The position numbers were made by a program, and so were the translations under genes. Shown in pieces: positions 1 through 7,873 of a stretch of 64,000 bases of DNA. Numbering within the stretch: the stretch's first letter is position 1; each line of letters starts with the position of its first letter. The DNA is taken from the IMG/VR virus record IMGVR_UViG_3300027759_000056, positions 47,977 through 111,976 of that record; one strand, 5' to 3'. The notes beneath the pieces are model-generated. The model worked only from the letters and a program-made list of their open reading frames with translations. It was not told where the DNA came from and did no database searches. The DNA is from a virus.

Positions 1-79
1 GGTATGACACCTAAAACATGGGTTAGTTTGACTTTGGCAATTATGATTATTATAATTCAAGTAATATTTAATTAAAGTT

Positions 80-259
80 ATGGCATATTGTATTGTAAAA
101 TTGATGAAAACTAATAATGGTGTTGAAATACCTGTTATATTATTGGATAACCACGATGAGGTTTGGGAATTTGATGATGTGGATATTGCCATTAAAATGT
201 CTGAAATTTTAACAAAGAATTCTGATTCGGGATATAGATATTTCGTAAAGAAAGTTTAA
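80..259 (+). CDS. small hypothetical protein (59 aa, MAYCIVKLMK...)
   Basis: ATG 80 to TAA 259 read manually; below the ORF-track cutoff. Confidence 0.6.
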   Translation: MAYCIVKLMKTNNGVEIPVILLDNHDEVWEFDDVDIAIKMSEILTKNSDSGYRYFVKKV

Positions 260-277
260 CTTTGTGAAATAATAAAT

Positions 278-351
278 GCCTTCGTAGCTCAGCTGGATAG
301 AGCAACTGCCTTCTAAGCAGTAGGTCACAGGTTCGAATCCTGTCGGGGGTA
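278..351 (+). tRNA. tRNA-Arg(TCT)
   Basis: cloverleaf; ACTGC-CTTCTAA-GCAGT anticodon arm; GTTCGAATC T-loop; TAACTTTG promoter at 257-264. Confidence 0.95.
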
Positions 352-355
352 CAAA

Positions 356-502
356 ATGAAATTTTGGAATAAAGACGAATGGCAAGGTAGGTCCAAAGAA
401 CAAGTGGAAAGCTATTATAGAAATATTGGTACCGTAACAACAATTGCGGTTTTATCATTTTGTTTGGTAAGTTTTATCATTTCAATATGGCACATCCTTT
501 AA
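356..502 (+). CDS. small putative membrane protein (48 aa)
   Basis: MKFWNKDEWQ... with a hydrophobic C-terminal half; manual translation. Confidence 0.45.
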   Translation: MKFWNKDEWQGRSKEQVESYYRNIGTVTTIAVLSFCLVSFIISIWHIL

Positions 503-840
503 TTCACGCAAAATCTTCTGCTAAAAAGTTTGGTGGAAAATTTGAAGATTACATTCATTTACACGATTGGTTAGATGAAACAAAGGCATGGGTGGGACAT
601 TCAAATCATAGAATGTTTCGTCATCACTCAGAAGGTATTTTTGAGATGGAAAAAATATTTGGTAAATCATTTATTAATAGCGATGGTAAAACAGTTTACA
701 CCAGATATGTTGGTGAACAACACATAAAAGAAGATTGTTTTAATTACATCCCAACAGCAAAAGATTGGATTGATGCTTTACAGGCTGAAAAGAAACCAAT
801 GTGGATGATAAGAACATTGGACCTCAAAGTTGATGATTGA
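487..840 (+). CDS. DUF6915-like His-rich phage protein
   Basis: MAHPLIHAKSSAKKFGG...HRMFRHHSEG...GEQHIKED pattern; ATG at 487 preferred over 460. Confidence 0.65.
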   Translation: MAHPLIHAKSSAKKFGGKFEDYIHLHDWLDETKAWVGHSNHRMFRHHSEGIFEMEKIFGKSFINSDGKTVYTRYVGEQHIKEDCFNYIPTAKDWIDALQAEKKPMWMIRTLDLKVDD

Positions 841-851
841 TATTTATTATT

Positions 852-1526
852 ATGACTCCCAAACAAAAATCAATTTTTGAATTAGTTAGTAAATACGCAT
901 CTTCTCGTGGTTGTGAGTATCTTGAGATGGATGTTGACCCTTGGAATTTCACACCATATAACGGTAGAAATTTTGGTTGTGGAACTGAAAGACATGAAAA
1001 TCCGCAAAAATTACCATTTGACATAAGTGATATGATTACAGAATATGTTGGTGAAAATGCTTCAGATATTGATGAAGATAATTTGAGTGGGTTAAGTTTT
1101 AGATTATATCCCCAAACAAGGACAATTACTATTAGTGGAACTTATCAAGAAGTTGTTGACGGACCTTTAGATGAAACTGAAAAAAGTGAAGAAGATGATG
1201 AAATTCTAAAAGAGATTATGGATTATCTTAAAAACGAAGACATATATCCATTTGCGGAAGTTGAGTTTAGTGGTGCTGGTGATGATGGATATATTGAAGA
1301 TAACTTATATGTTGATGCAGGTTCAAAACCACAAAGAAAAGTAGGTGATGTTCCAGGGTTAGAGGATTATTTATATGACATGTTAAATGTGTATGGTGGT
1401 TGGATGAATGATGAAGGTTCTTTTGGAAATTTCATGATTGACTCAAGAGCGGGTACAATTACATTAAAATTTACTTGGAATGAATATGCGTATGAAGATG
1501 TTGTATTCCATCAAGAAGAATTTTAA
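852..1526 (+). CDS. DUF6878-like acidic protein
   Basis: FSGAGDDG and GWMNDEGSFG motifs; adjacent to the DUF6915-like gene. Confidence 0.5.
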   Translation: MTPKQKSIFELVSKYASSRGCEYLEMDVDPWNFTPYNGRNFGCGTERHENPQKLPFDISDMITEYVGENASDIDEDNLSGLSFRLYPQTRTITISGTYQEVVDGPLDETEKSEEDDEILKEIMDYLKNEDIYPFAEVEFSGAGDDGYIEDNLYVDAGSKPQRKVGDVPGLEDYLYDMLNVYGGWMNDEGSFGNFMIDSRAGTITLKFTWNEYAYEDVVFHQEEF

Positions 1527-1529
1527 CCT

Positions 1530-2156
1530 ATGTCAGTTCTAAACCACAACATACCAAGTTTTAAGGCTTTAGTCCGCAAATCACATTTTACAAAAAACGA
1601 ATCTGATTTTGAAACATTCTTAAATGTTTATTGTTTTGGAATTCAATCTGTTAATGGAAAGATTTTAACTTTTCATGTTATGACAGATGATGGTATGGTA
1701 AGAAGTCGTGTACCAATGTCAGAAATATTCACAAAACCCCCCACCAATGATATTCCTTTTCATTTCAAACAATTATGGGATTGTTTTTCAGAAAATGTTA
1801 GTGTTATAGAATATGATTTTCTTAAGGGTCATAAAGTTCAAGTTGCCTTAAGAGACGGTAATAAAGTTTGGGGGACCTATATGTTTACTGTGGATTGGTA
1901 TAACAATCCGTTTAGTGATGAGCCGTCAGATTATAAGTGTGGACACATCTTCAGTGCTGATGATGGTTACTTGATGTGTCAACCAAATAACAGAATATTT
2001 TGGAAAGATTCAAATTGGGTTACCAAGGGGTTACCTGAAAACCTAAAACAATTCAAAGTAGATACCGAATTACCATCTGTAGAAAATGTTAGTGATAGAT
2101 GGGTGTCTGAAGATTCCGATAGTTTTTATTACGATATTTCTTTGATTAAAGAATAA
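1530..2156 (+). CDS. hypothetical phage protein
   Basis: 208-aa ORF in an operon-like run. Confidence 0.7.
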   Translation: MSVLNHNIPSFKALVRKSHFTKNESDFETFLNVYCFGIQSVNGKILTFHVMTDDGMVRSRVPMSEIFTKPPTNDIPFHFKQLWDCFSENVSVIEYDFLKGHKVQVALRDGNKVWGTYMFTVDWYNNPFSDEPSDYKCGHIFSADDGYLMCQPNNRIFWKDSNWVTKGLPENLKQFKVDTELPSVENVSDRWVSEDSDSFYYDISLIKE

Positions 2157-2175
2157 TCTTCATTACCTTTGCTTT

Positions 2176-2739
2176 ATGAAAGTTATATTTTTGGACCACG
2201 ATGGTGTTATATGTCTATCTGACAATTGGGGTAATCGTTTCAAAAAACAAAAAGAGTGGGGCGGTCGTAAATTATCTATGGGTTTGAATGAAATCCCGTT
2301 GGAGTATCGTTTTGACAATTTTGATAAAAAAGCGATTAAAGTACTTAATGAAATCTTAGAGGAAACAGATGCCGAAATTGTTGTGTCTTCAGATTGGAAG
2401 AAATGGGCAACAGTTGAAGAGATGGGAGAATATTACGAATCACAGGGTATTATCAAAAAACCAATTGCGTTTACTGACTCTATTTTATATGATGACTATG
2501 AGAATTTTCCATGGCATAACAAATGGGAGTCAGAACAAACTCGTAGTTTGGAGATTGCACAATATCTTGGTCAGAATCCTGTAATTACACATTGGGTGGC
2601 AATAGATGATTTGAATATGTCATTGAGAGAGATAGATGATACATCTTGGGGATTGAAGAACTTTGTATTAACTCCTGTAAATAATGAAGGGATTAAACAA
2701 ACGGGTATAAAAGAAAAAGTATTGGAATATTTATTATAA
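2176..2739 (+). CDS. HAD-superfamily phosphatase (HAD_SAK_2 / RNA-repair-associated type)
   Basis: FLDHDGVI motif I, VVSSDW, WVAIDD. Confidence 0.8.
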   Translation: MKVIFLDHDGVICLSDNWGNRFKKQKEWGGRKLSMGLNEIPLEYRFDNFDKKAIKVLNEILEETDAEIVVSSDWKKWATVEEMGEYYESQGIIKKPIAFTDSILYDDYENFPWHNKWESEQTRSLEIAQYLGQNPVITHWVAIDDLNMSLREIDDTSWGLKNFVLTPVNNEGIKQTGIKEKVLEYLL

Positions 2740-3996
2740 ATGAGAAAAGTTTCTAAACAAAACATTAAAGAAGCTGTTGGTGTTCCAGCAAACATTGAAG
2801 TTGCATCACAGAATTTATATAATGACATTGCAAAAAAATTAAAGAATAAAGAAATTGGTCCTGAGGATGTTGTTAAATTCAAATTTATTAACAAAGATGG
2901 TAGATATTCATTTGGAGATTTTAATCCAAATTTTATAACCGCTGAGTTCGGTTTAGGTACTTATTCTGGTGATGCCATAGATAATAGTACCGGAAATAAA
3001 ATAACGGGTGGGTTGGTTCACAGTATGGGATTTTCAAAACAATCAAAATTAAATGATGTATTTGATTTGGTTAGTGTGGATGATGATGGTGGTATTGAAT
3101 TAAATATTGATTATGCTCAACCTAATGATGATGAAGAGTGGTCAGGGAATAAAATTTTGGACACAATGGAAAAAAACAAGTCCAATAGTATATCATCATT
3201 GGGGCATGAATTAAAACATGCTTACGACAACTACAAAAAGCCGGTAGAAAAATTGGTTGATAGAAGCAATTATGCTGGATTTCAAAGGTCAAGGTCAGGA
3301 GTACGACCAATGGACCAATTTATGTTCAATATGTATTTTATAAATCAAATTGAAAATTTGGTTAGACCAACTGAATCATATGTTGAAATGGTTTCTGATG
3401 GTGTTGTAACAAAAGAACAATTCTTAAAGTTTTTGTTAAATTCAAAAACATATAAAACTTTGGTGCAAATACGTGACAGTTCATTTGATAATTTGGTTGA
3501 AGACTTAAAAGGTTACGAAACTGAAATTGATGATTACTTAAATAACACAGTTGATGATTATGATTCATCTTCATTAGACATTGATGATAAGGTAAAATAC
3601 TTTCTAAAAGTATTTGCATTCGTAACAGCACAAAAGGTTCACGAAGTAAGAAAACAAATGGTTTCTCCAAATATTTTTCAAATGTTATTTAGTAGTAGTT
3701 TATTTGGTGGTAATGATGAGGCTGATAAATTTTTAGAAAGTACTTTAGGTGATTTAACCAAAATGATGGACAATCCAAATAAGTTTTACTACACTTCAAT
3801 TGAAAACATGAAAAAAATTGCAATTAAAATGATGAAAAAATTGTCAAAACTATACTCTTTAATTAACAAAGACAAAACAATCACTGTTGAAACAAGAGAC
3901 CCTATGAGTTTTGAGATGGACCAATTGATGAGAAAAACTCAAAAACCAAGAAAGATTGATACCAAGTTGGATGAAAGATTTACCAAAAAAAAATAA
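2740..3996 (+). CDS. hypothetical protein with HExxH zincin motif, possibly virion-associated
   Basis: LGHELKHAYD; N-terminal IKE|A; TATTTAT 5 nt upstream. Confidence 0.6.
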   Translation: MRKVSKQNIKEAVGVPANIEVASQNLYNDIAKKLKNKEIGPEDVVKFKFINKDGRYSFGDFNPNFITAEFGLGTYSGDAIDNSTGNKITGGLVHSMGFSKQSKLNDVFDLVSVDDDGGIELNIDYAQPNDDEEWSGNKILDTMEKNKSNSISSLGHELKHAYDNYKKPVEKLVDRSNYAGFQRSRSGVRPMDQFMFNMYFINQIENLVRPTESYVEMVSDGVVTKEQFLKFLLNSKTYKTLVQIRDSSFDNLVEDLKGYETEIDDYLNNTVDDYDSSSLDIDDKVKYFLKVFAFVTAQKVHEVRKQMVSPNIFQMLFSSSLFGGNDEADKFLESTLGDLTKMMDNPNKFYYTSIENMKKIAIKMMKKLSKLYSLINKDKTITVETRDPMSFEMDQLMRKTQKPRKIDTKLDERFTKKK

Positions 3997-3997
3997 T

Positions 3998-4234
3998 ATG
4001 ATTACAATGGAAGACTTAAAAGATTTTGACTTCACAAATGATAGTAAGGTTGAATTTATGACCAAACCAGGTTTTGTAGAAAAACGTATTCAACAAATGA
4101 TTCAAATTGGTGCGAATGAAGAGTATGAAAAATACAGTGAAGGAATGAGTGATGATGACATTGCAAAATGGAAAGAAGGGTTTGTAGTCGGAGCAAACTG
4201 GTTATTAAAAAATAAAAACGAAAAAAATATTTGA
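3998..4234 (+). CDS. hypothetical protein
   Basis: ATG 3998 directly after the previous stop. Confidence 0.6.
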   Translation: MITMEDLKDFDFTNDSKVEFMTKPGFVEKRIQQMIQIGANEEYEKYSEGMSDDDIAKWKEGFVVGANWLLKNKNEKNI

Positions 4235-4260
4235 CATATCAATAAACTTTTGTATCTTTG
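4230..4260 (+). promoter_or_regulatory. Bacteroidota-type housekeeping promoter (-33 TTTG / -7 TATCTTTG) for tRNA array 1
   Basis: TTTGACA...TATCTTTG (4253-4260). Confidence 0.75.
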
Positions 4261-4283
4261 TACCATATTTAATACTAAACACA

Positions 4284-4379
4284 ATGAAACTCGTAAATAA
4301 ACAAATCGTGAAACATGTCATTCAATTCTGTTCGAATTGGTATCTTCGCGTATTCGTAAGTTCGGGTGTTTTAAGTTAA
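4284..4379 (+). CDS. putative attenuator leader peptide 1 (MKLVNKQIVKHVIQFCSNWYLRVFVSSGVLS)
   Basis: 31-codon ORF between promoter and terminator; codons 10-22 are the 13 amino acids of the downstream tRNAs. Confidence 0.8.
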   Translation: MKLVNKQIVKHVIQFCSNWYLRVFVSSGVLS

Positions 4380-4400
4380 CACATAGTAGCCTTAAAAAGG

Positions 4401-4431
4401 AAACCCGAACTCACAAGGTTCGGGTTTTTTT
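4401..4431 (+). terminator. intrinsic terminator/attenuator upstream of tRNA array 1
   Basis: AAACCCGAAC-TCACAAG-GTTCGGGTTT plus T tract; 5' arm can alternatively pair with AGTTCGGGT (4359-4367). Confidence 0.85.
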
Positions 4432-4437
4432 GTTTTT

Positions 4438-4459
4438 AAGTTCTTTGACATGTTGGTAA
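4438..4459 (+). promoter_or_regulatory. boxA-like antitermination element
   Basis: AAGTTCTTTGACATGTTGGTAA; 20/22 identical to 11690-11711. Confidence 0.6.
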
Positions 4460-4467
4460 TCAAAAAT

Positions 4468-4540
4468 GGGACGGTAGCAAAGATGGTCAATGCGCTGGAC
4501 TGAAAATCCAGTCATGGTGGTTCGAGTCCACCCCGTCCCA
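4468..4540 (+). tRNA. tRNA-Phe(GAA)
   Basis: CTGGA-CTGAAAA-TCCAG. Confidence 0.93.
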
Positions 4541-4548
4541 CAATACAT

Positions 4549-4625
4549 TGGTGATTAGCTCAGTTGGTTAGAGCACTACGCTGATACCGTAGGGGTCACA
4601 GGTTCAAATCCTGTATCACCAACCA
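4549..4625 (+). tRNA. tRNA-Ile(GAT)
   Basis: CTACG-CTGATAC-CGTAG; encoded CCA. Confidence 0.93.
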
Positions 4626-4630
4626 TAAAT

Positions 4631-4701
4631 TACCCTTTCGTCTAACGGCAGGACGAGTGGTTTTGGTCCACTTAGTGGAGGTTCGAATCCTTCAGGGGTA
4701 A
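4631..4701 (+). tRNA. tRNA-Gln(TTG)
   Basis: AGTGG-TTTTGGT-CCACT. Confidence 0.92.
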
Positions 4702-4707
4702 CAATAT

Positions 4708-4781
4708 GACTTCGTAGCTCAATTGGCTAGAGCACCGTGCTTTTAACACGGGGGTTTCGGGTTCAAGTCCCGATGGGGTCA
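4708..4781 (+). tRNA. tRNA-Lys(TTT)
   Basis: CCGTG-CTTTTAA-CACGG. Confidence 0.93.
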
Positions 4782-4787
4782 CAATAT

Positions 4788-4860
4788 CTTTCCTTAGCTC
4801 AGTTGGAAGAGCACTTGGCTTACATCCAAGATGTCGTTGGTTCAAATCCAACAGGAAAGA
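4788..4860 (+). tRNA. tRNA-Val(TAC)
   Basis: CTTGG-CTTACAT-CCAAG. Confidence 0.92.
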
Positions 4861-4867
4861 CAAAAAT

Positions 4868-4949
4868 GCCAGTATCGCATAGCGGCAATTGCGGCGGATT
4901 GTAAACCCGCTCTCATTTGAGTTCGTAGGTTCGAGTCCTACTGCTGGCA
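4868..4949 (+). tRNA. tRNA-Tyr(GTA)
   Basis: loop TTGTAAA; long variable arm. Confidence 0.9.
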
Positions 4950-5011
4950 CAAAACTTATAATCCTCCAAAACTCACTTTTTTTACTAGTTTTGGAGAGTT
5001 ATAGAATATAA

Positions 5012-5085
5012 GTCCATATGCCTGAGAGGTTCAAAGGGACAGTCTGCAAAACTGTTATTCGTTGGTTCGATTCCAACTATGGACT
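5012..5085 (+). tRNA. tRNA-Cys(GCA)
   Basis: ACAGT-CTGCAAA-ACTGT; U73. Confidence 0.9.
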
Positions 5086-5087
5086 CT

Positions 5088-5162
5088 GTGACTGTAGTTC
5101 AGTGGTAGAGCATCGGCTTGTGGTGCCGAGTGTCGTGGGTTCGAATCCCATCAGTCACCCCA
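5088..5162 (+). tRNA. tRNA-His(GTG)
   Basis: TCGGC-TTGTGGT-GCCGA; C73 plus CCA. Confidence 0.93.
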
Positions 5163-5167
5163 AATAC

Positions 5168-5250
5168 GGAAGTGGTCCGAATGGACGAGGACACCGCCTT
5201 GAAAGCGGCTGGCTGTAAAAGGCTTGGGGGTTCGATTCCCTTCTCTTCCG
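5168..5250 (+). tRNA. tRNA-Ser(TGA)
   Basis: CCGC-CTTGAAA-GCGG; long variable arm; G73. Confidence 0.9.
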
Positions 5251-5258
5251 CAAAAAAT

Positions 5259-5333
5259 GGTTCCTTAGTTTAATTGGATAAAACATCTCGCTACGGACGA
5301 GAAGATGTGGGGGTTCGAATCCCTCAGGAATCA
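5259..5333 (+). tRNA. tRNA-Arg(ACG)
   Basis: TCTCG-CTACGGA-CGAGA. Confidence 0.92.
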
Positions 5334-5340
5334 CAACTAC

Positions 5341-5411
5341 GTAAGTGTGGTGTAATGGTAGCATAAAGGTCTCCAAAACTTTTGGCGAGGGTTCGAGTCC
5401 TTCCACTTGCG
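5341..5411 (+). tRNA. tRNA-Trp(CCA)
   Basis: AAGGT-CTCCAAA-ACTTT. Confidence 0.9.
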
Positions 5412-5417
5412 CAAAAT

Positions 5418-5499
5418 ACCAAAGTGGCGTAACGGTAGCCGCATTAGTCTTAGAAACTAATGTCCTAAGGGCGTGTGGGTTCGACTCCCACCTTTGGTA
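5418..5499 (+). tRNA. tRNA-Leu(TAG)
   Basis: TTAGT-CTTAGAA-ACTAA; long variable arm. Confidence 0.92.
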
Positions 5500-5510
5500 C
5501 AAAAATAAAT

Positions 5511-5592
5511 TGGCAGGTAGCCTAGAGGTCAGGCAGCAGACTGTTAATCTGCGACGGAAACGTCTACGTGGGTTCGATTCCCACCCTGTCAG
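5511..5592 (+). tRNA. tRNA-Asn(GTT) with atypical long variable arm
   Basis: GCAGA-CTGTTAA-TCTGC; variable arm GACG-GAAA-CGTC; G73. Confidence 0.88.
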
Positions 5593-5637
5593 CAAAATAT
5601 TTTTTGTAAAGTCAAATATCTGTTGTATATTTGTTGT

Positions 5638-6114
5638 ATGGAAAAGGGGTTTATATCATCTTCAAAAGCAATCAAAGGATATACTGAATCAAAAATTGCC
5701 AAATCTGAAAACAACGATTGTGTTGTTAGAGCAATTGCATCAGCTGCGGATATGGATTATGATTCCGCCCACCAATTCGTTAAAGAAACATTCAATAGAA
5801 AAAATGGTAAAGGTACTTTTGGACTTGGTACTGGTATGAATTTGTTGTCAAAGAATGGTAAACAAATTAACGGTAAAAACATTCAAATTATTTCTGAAGA
5901 ACACAACACCATGTTGTATTATGTGGTAGTTAAAGGTGTAAAAAAATTAAGAGCAACAACAACCGCATCATTCATCAAAAAACACCCTGTTGGTTCTTAT
6001 GTGGTTGTTGTTAAAGGTCATGCGTTTACCATCAAAGATGGTGTTGTTATTGGTAACCCTGATGATGGTAAAAAAATGAAAAAACACATTACAGGGGCTT
6101 GGAAAATTGGATAA
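5638..6114 (+). CDS. hypothetical protein with NDCVVRAI...GHA motif (possible papain-like Cys/His fold)
   Basis: sequence motif; TATATTTG 4 nt upstream. Confidence 0.6.
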   Translation: MEKGFISSSKAIKGYTESKIAKSENNDCVVRAIASAADMDYDSAHQFVKETFNRKNGKGTFGLGTGMNLLSKNGKQINGKNIQIISEEHNTMLYYVVVKGVKKLRATTTASFIKKHPVGSYVVVVKGHAFTIKDGVVIGNPDDGKKMKKHITGAWKIG

Positions 6115-6141
6115 TATGTTTTAACTTTGTATAACAATAAT

Positions 6142-6215
6142 GGTGTGGTAGCTCAGCAGGTAGAGCAGTAGATTGAAACCCTACGTGCCACGTGGTTCGA
6201 TTCCCGTTCACACCA
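6142..6215 (+). tRNA. tRNA-Phe(GAA), second copy
   Basis: GTAG(A)-TTGAAAC-(C)CTAC; imperfect T stem; TAACTTTG promoter 6122-6129. Confidence 0.8.
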
Positions 6216-6221
6216 CAAAAT

Positions 6222-6353
6222 AATTAGATGGGCGTAATGAGGGATGGTACCCGAGTCCCCAAGATTGGAGGTCACCAGTAATAGGTGGCCGTTGCGTCGT
6301 AAGGTTGTCTAATCCGTCCTGAACGGTATTCGGTTCGAGTCCGACTCTAATTA
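6222..6353 (+). ncRNA. tRNA-like RNA (acceptor stem + T-arm) with expanded central domain
   Basis: AATTAGA/TCTAATT acceptor; TCGG-TTCGAGT-CCGA T-arm; internal hairpins. Confidence 0.6.
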
Positions 6354-6431
6354 TGAAAAACTAACCCAGTTTCACAATGAGGGCTGATACCTTCGGAGTG
6401 GGGGTGACGGTCAGGAAAGACTGACAACCAT

Positions 6432-6589
6432 AGTCAGGTGGCGGAATTGGTAGACGATAATGGAGTTATACTATCAAACACAGAGGGTGCGGCGTAGATG
6501 GGAACTACTACATTATCTCTTGGACGCAAGAGAGCAATATAACCCTAACCATTTGGTATAACGTGTAGGTTCGAATCCTACCCTGACTA
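6432..6589 (+). ncRNA. tRNA-Leu-like RNA with ~100-nt insert replacing the anticodon/variable arms
   Basis: AGTCAGG/CCTGACT acceptor; GCGGAATTGGTAGACG D-arm; GTAGG-TTCGAAT-CCTAC T-arm; A73. Confidence 0.7.
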
Positions 6590-6695
6590 CAAAAACATAA
6601 ACTCAAGTACCCACACAGTGGTGAGACGGGCTAAGTAAGATACAATTCCTCGGAACTGGGAGTAGAGAGCTTGAGAGTGTTTTTTAATTAAAAAT

Positions 6696-7379
6696 ATGAA
6701 AAATTTAGTAAAAGCAATTATTTTGGTCATTGTTATAGGAATTTTAGGTTTCATAACAAGTTGGAAAGTTTGGGGTAACAATAAACCAATTGAAGATACC
6801 GTTAAAATTGATACGGTAAAAATTAAACCACAAGACACAATTGTGGATGTTAAAGGAAAATACGTTCTTTTTATTGGTGATTCACATACATCAAATCCTA
6901 ATGGATGGCAAACAATCTTATCCAACAAAACAAAGATGAGAATGAATAACATTTCTGTTGGTGGAAAAACTACAGGTTGGATGTTAGAAAGGGCAAAAGA
7001 ATCAATTCACGAGAATTTAGATTATTGTTTTATCTATGGTGGTGCCAATGATATGTTTAACAGTAAAATTACTATTGAAAGTGCCATAAAGAACATTCAA
7101 AGAATTGTTAATATTTGTAATTCCAAAGGTGTTAAACCAGTTGTGATTACGGGATTTGACCCCCTTACTTGTATTAACACACCAGAAAATCCAAACTATA
7201 AATTTAAGTATTCCAAATTTCAGAATGAATTGATTAAAAAAATTGTTGGTGGAAAGGTGATTAATACTCGTGTGATTACAAAATCGGATTGTTGGGATGG
7301 ACTTTGTCATATGGCACCATCAGGACATAAAAAAATTGGAAATTGTGTTATCAAAGAAATGAAGTTTAAGACATATTAA
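6696..7379 (+). CDS. SGNH/GDSL hydrolase with N-terminal membrane anchor
   Basis: FIGDSHT, GGAND, DGLCHMAPSGH blocks. Confidence 0.85.
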   Translation: MKNLVKAIILVIVIGILGFITSWKVWGNNKPIEDTVKIDTVKIKPQDTIVDVKGKYVLFIGDSHTSNPNGWQTILSNKTKMRMNNISVGGKTTGWMLERAKESIHENLDYCFIYGGANDMFNSKITIESAIKNIQRIVNICNSKGVKPVVITGFDPLTCINTPENPNYKFKYSKFQNELIKKIVGGKVINTRVITKSDCWDGLCHMAPSGHKKIGNCVIKEMKFKTY

Positions 7380-7400
7380 CACATCAGTATATTTATTGAT

Positions 7401-7838
7401 ATGGAAATTACAAAAAGAGACCTTTTAAATGGTTTATCATCAAAATCAAATCCAGCAACTGAAACTGCAGATGTGGTTGATATGATTGCAACATTACTTC
7501 ATTCAAGAAATCAGGCTCATGTTTTTCATTGGCAAACAAAATCACAATCATCATTTGCTGAACATATGGCCTTAGGTACGTATTACGATGAGATTGTTGA
7601 ATTAATTGATAATATTGTTGAAAGTTATCAAGGAAAATACGAAATAATTACTGGTTATAAAACAATTAAAACAGTTGATTATAAATCAACAGAACAAGTA
7701 ATATCTTATTTTAAAGAATTAGATGAAAATATTGAAAAAAATAGAACATCGGTTAAAGAATCCTATATTCAAAATCAAATTGATGGAGTTCAAGAATTGA
7801 TTTACTCAACATTATACAAATTAAGATTCTTAAAATAA
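7401..7838 (+). CDS. ferritin/Dps-like protein (DUF5856 type)
   Basis: QAHVFHWQT...AEHMALGTYYD...ESYQG...TLYKLRFLK. Confidence 0.75.
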   Translation: MEITKRDLLNGLSSKSNPATETADVVDMIATLLHSRNQAHVFHWQTKSQSSFAEHMALGTYYDEIVELIDNIVESYQGKYEIITGYKTIKTVDYKSTEQVISYFKELDENIEKNRTSVKESYIQNQIDGVQELIYSTLYKLRFLK

Positions 7839-7873
7839 TTGACGAATCACGGTTTTAAACATATATTTGCCTC

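Noticed and set aside
4955-5003. Inverted repeat CTCCAAAACT/AGTTTTGGAG inside array 1
   Set aside because: No following T-tract; probably a spacer or processing hairpin, with too little evidence for a call.
5168-5499. Suppressor tRNAs or stop-codon recoding (anticodons TGA, TAG)
   Set aside because: These are Ser and Leu anticodons, not CTA/TCA/TTA; long ORFs are intact in code 11.
4672-5622. ORF-track ORFs over the tRNA arrays (4672-4950, 5018-5218, 5155-5595, 5' part of 5345-5839; also 192-458, 209-403, 11783-11992)
   Set aside because: Shadow translations of tRNA genes.
6457-6560. Group I intron in the Leu-like tRNA
   Set aside because: About 100 nt is too short and no P7 core is recognisable.
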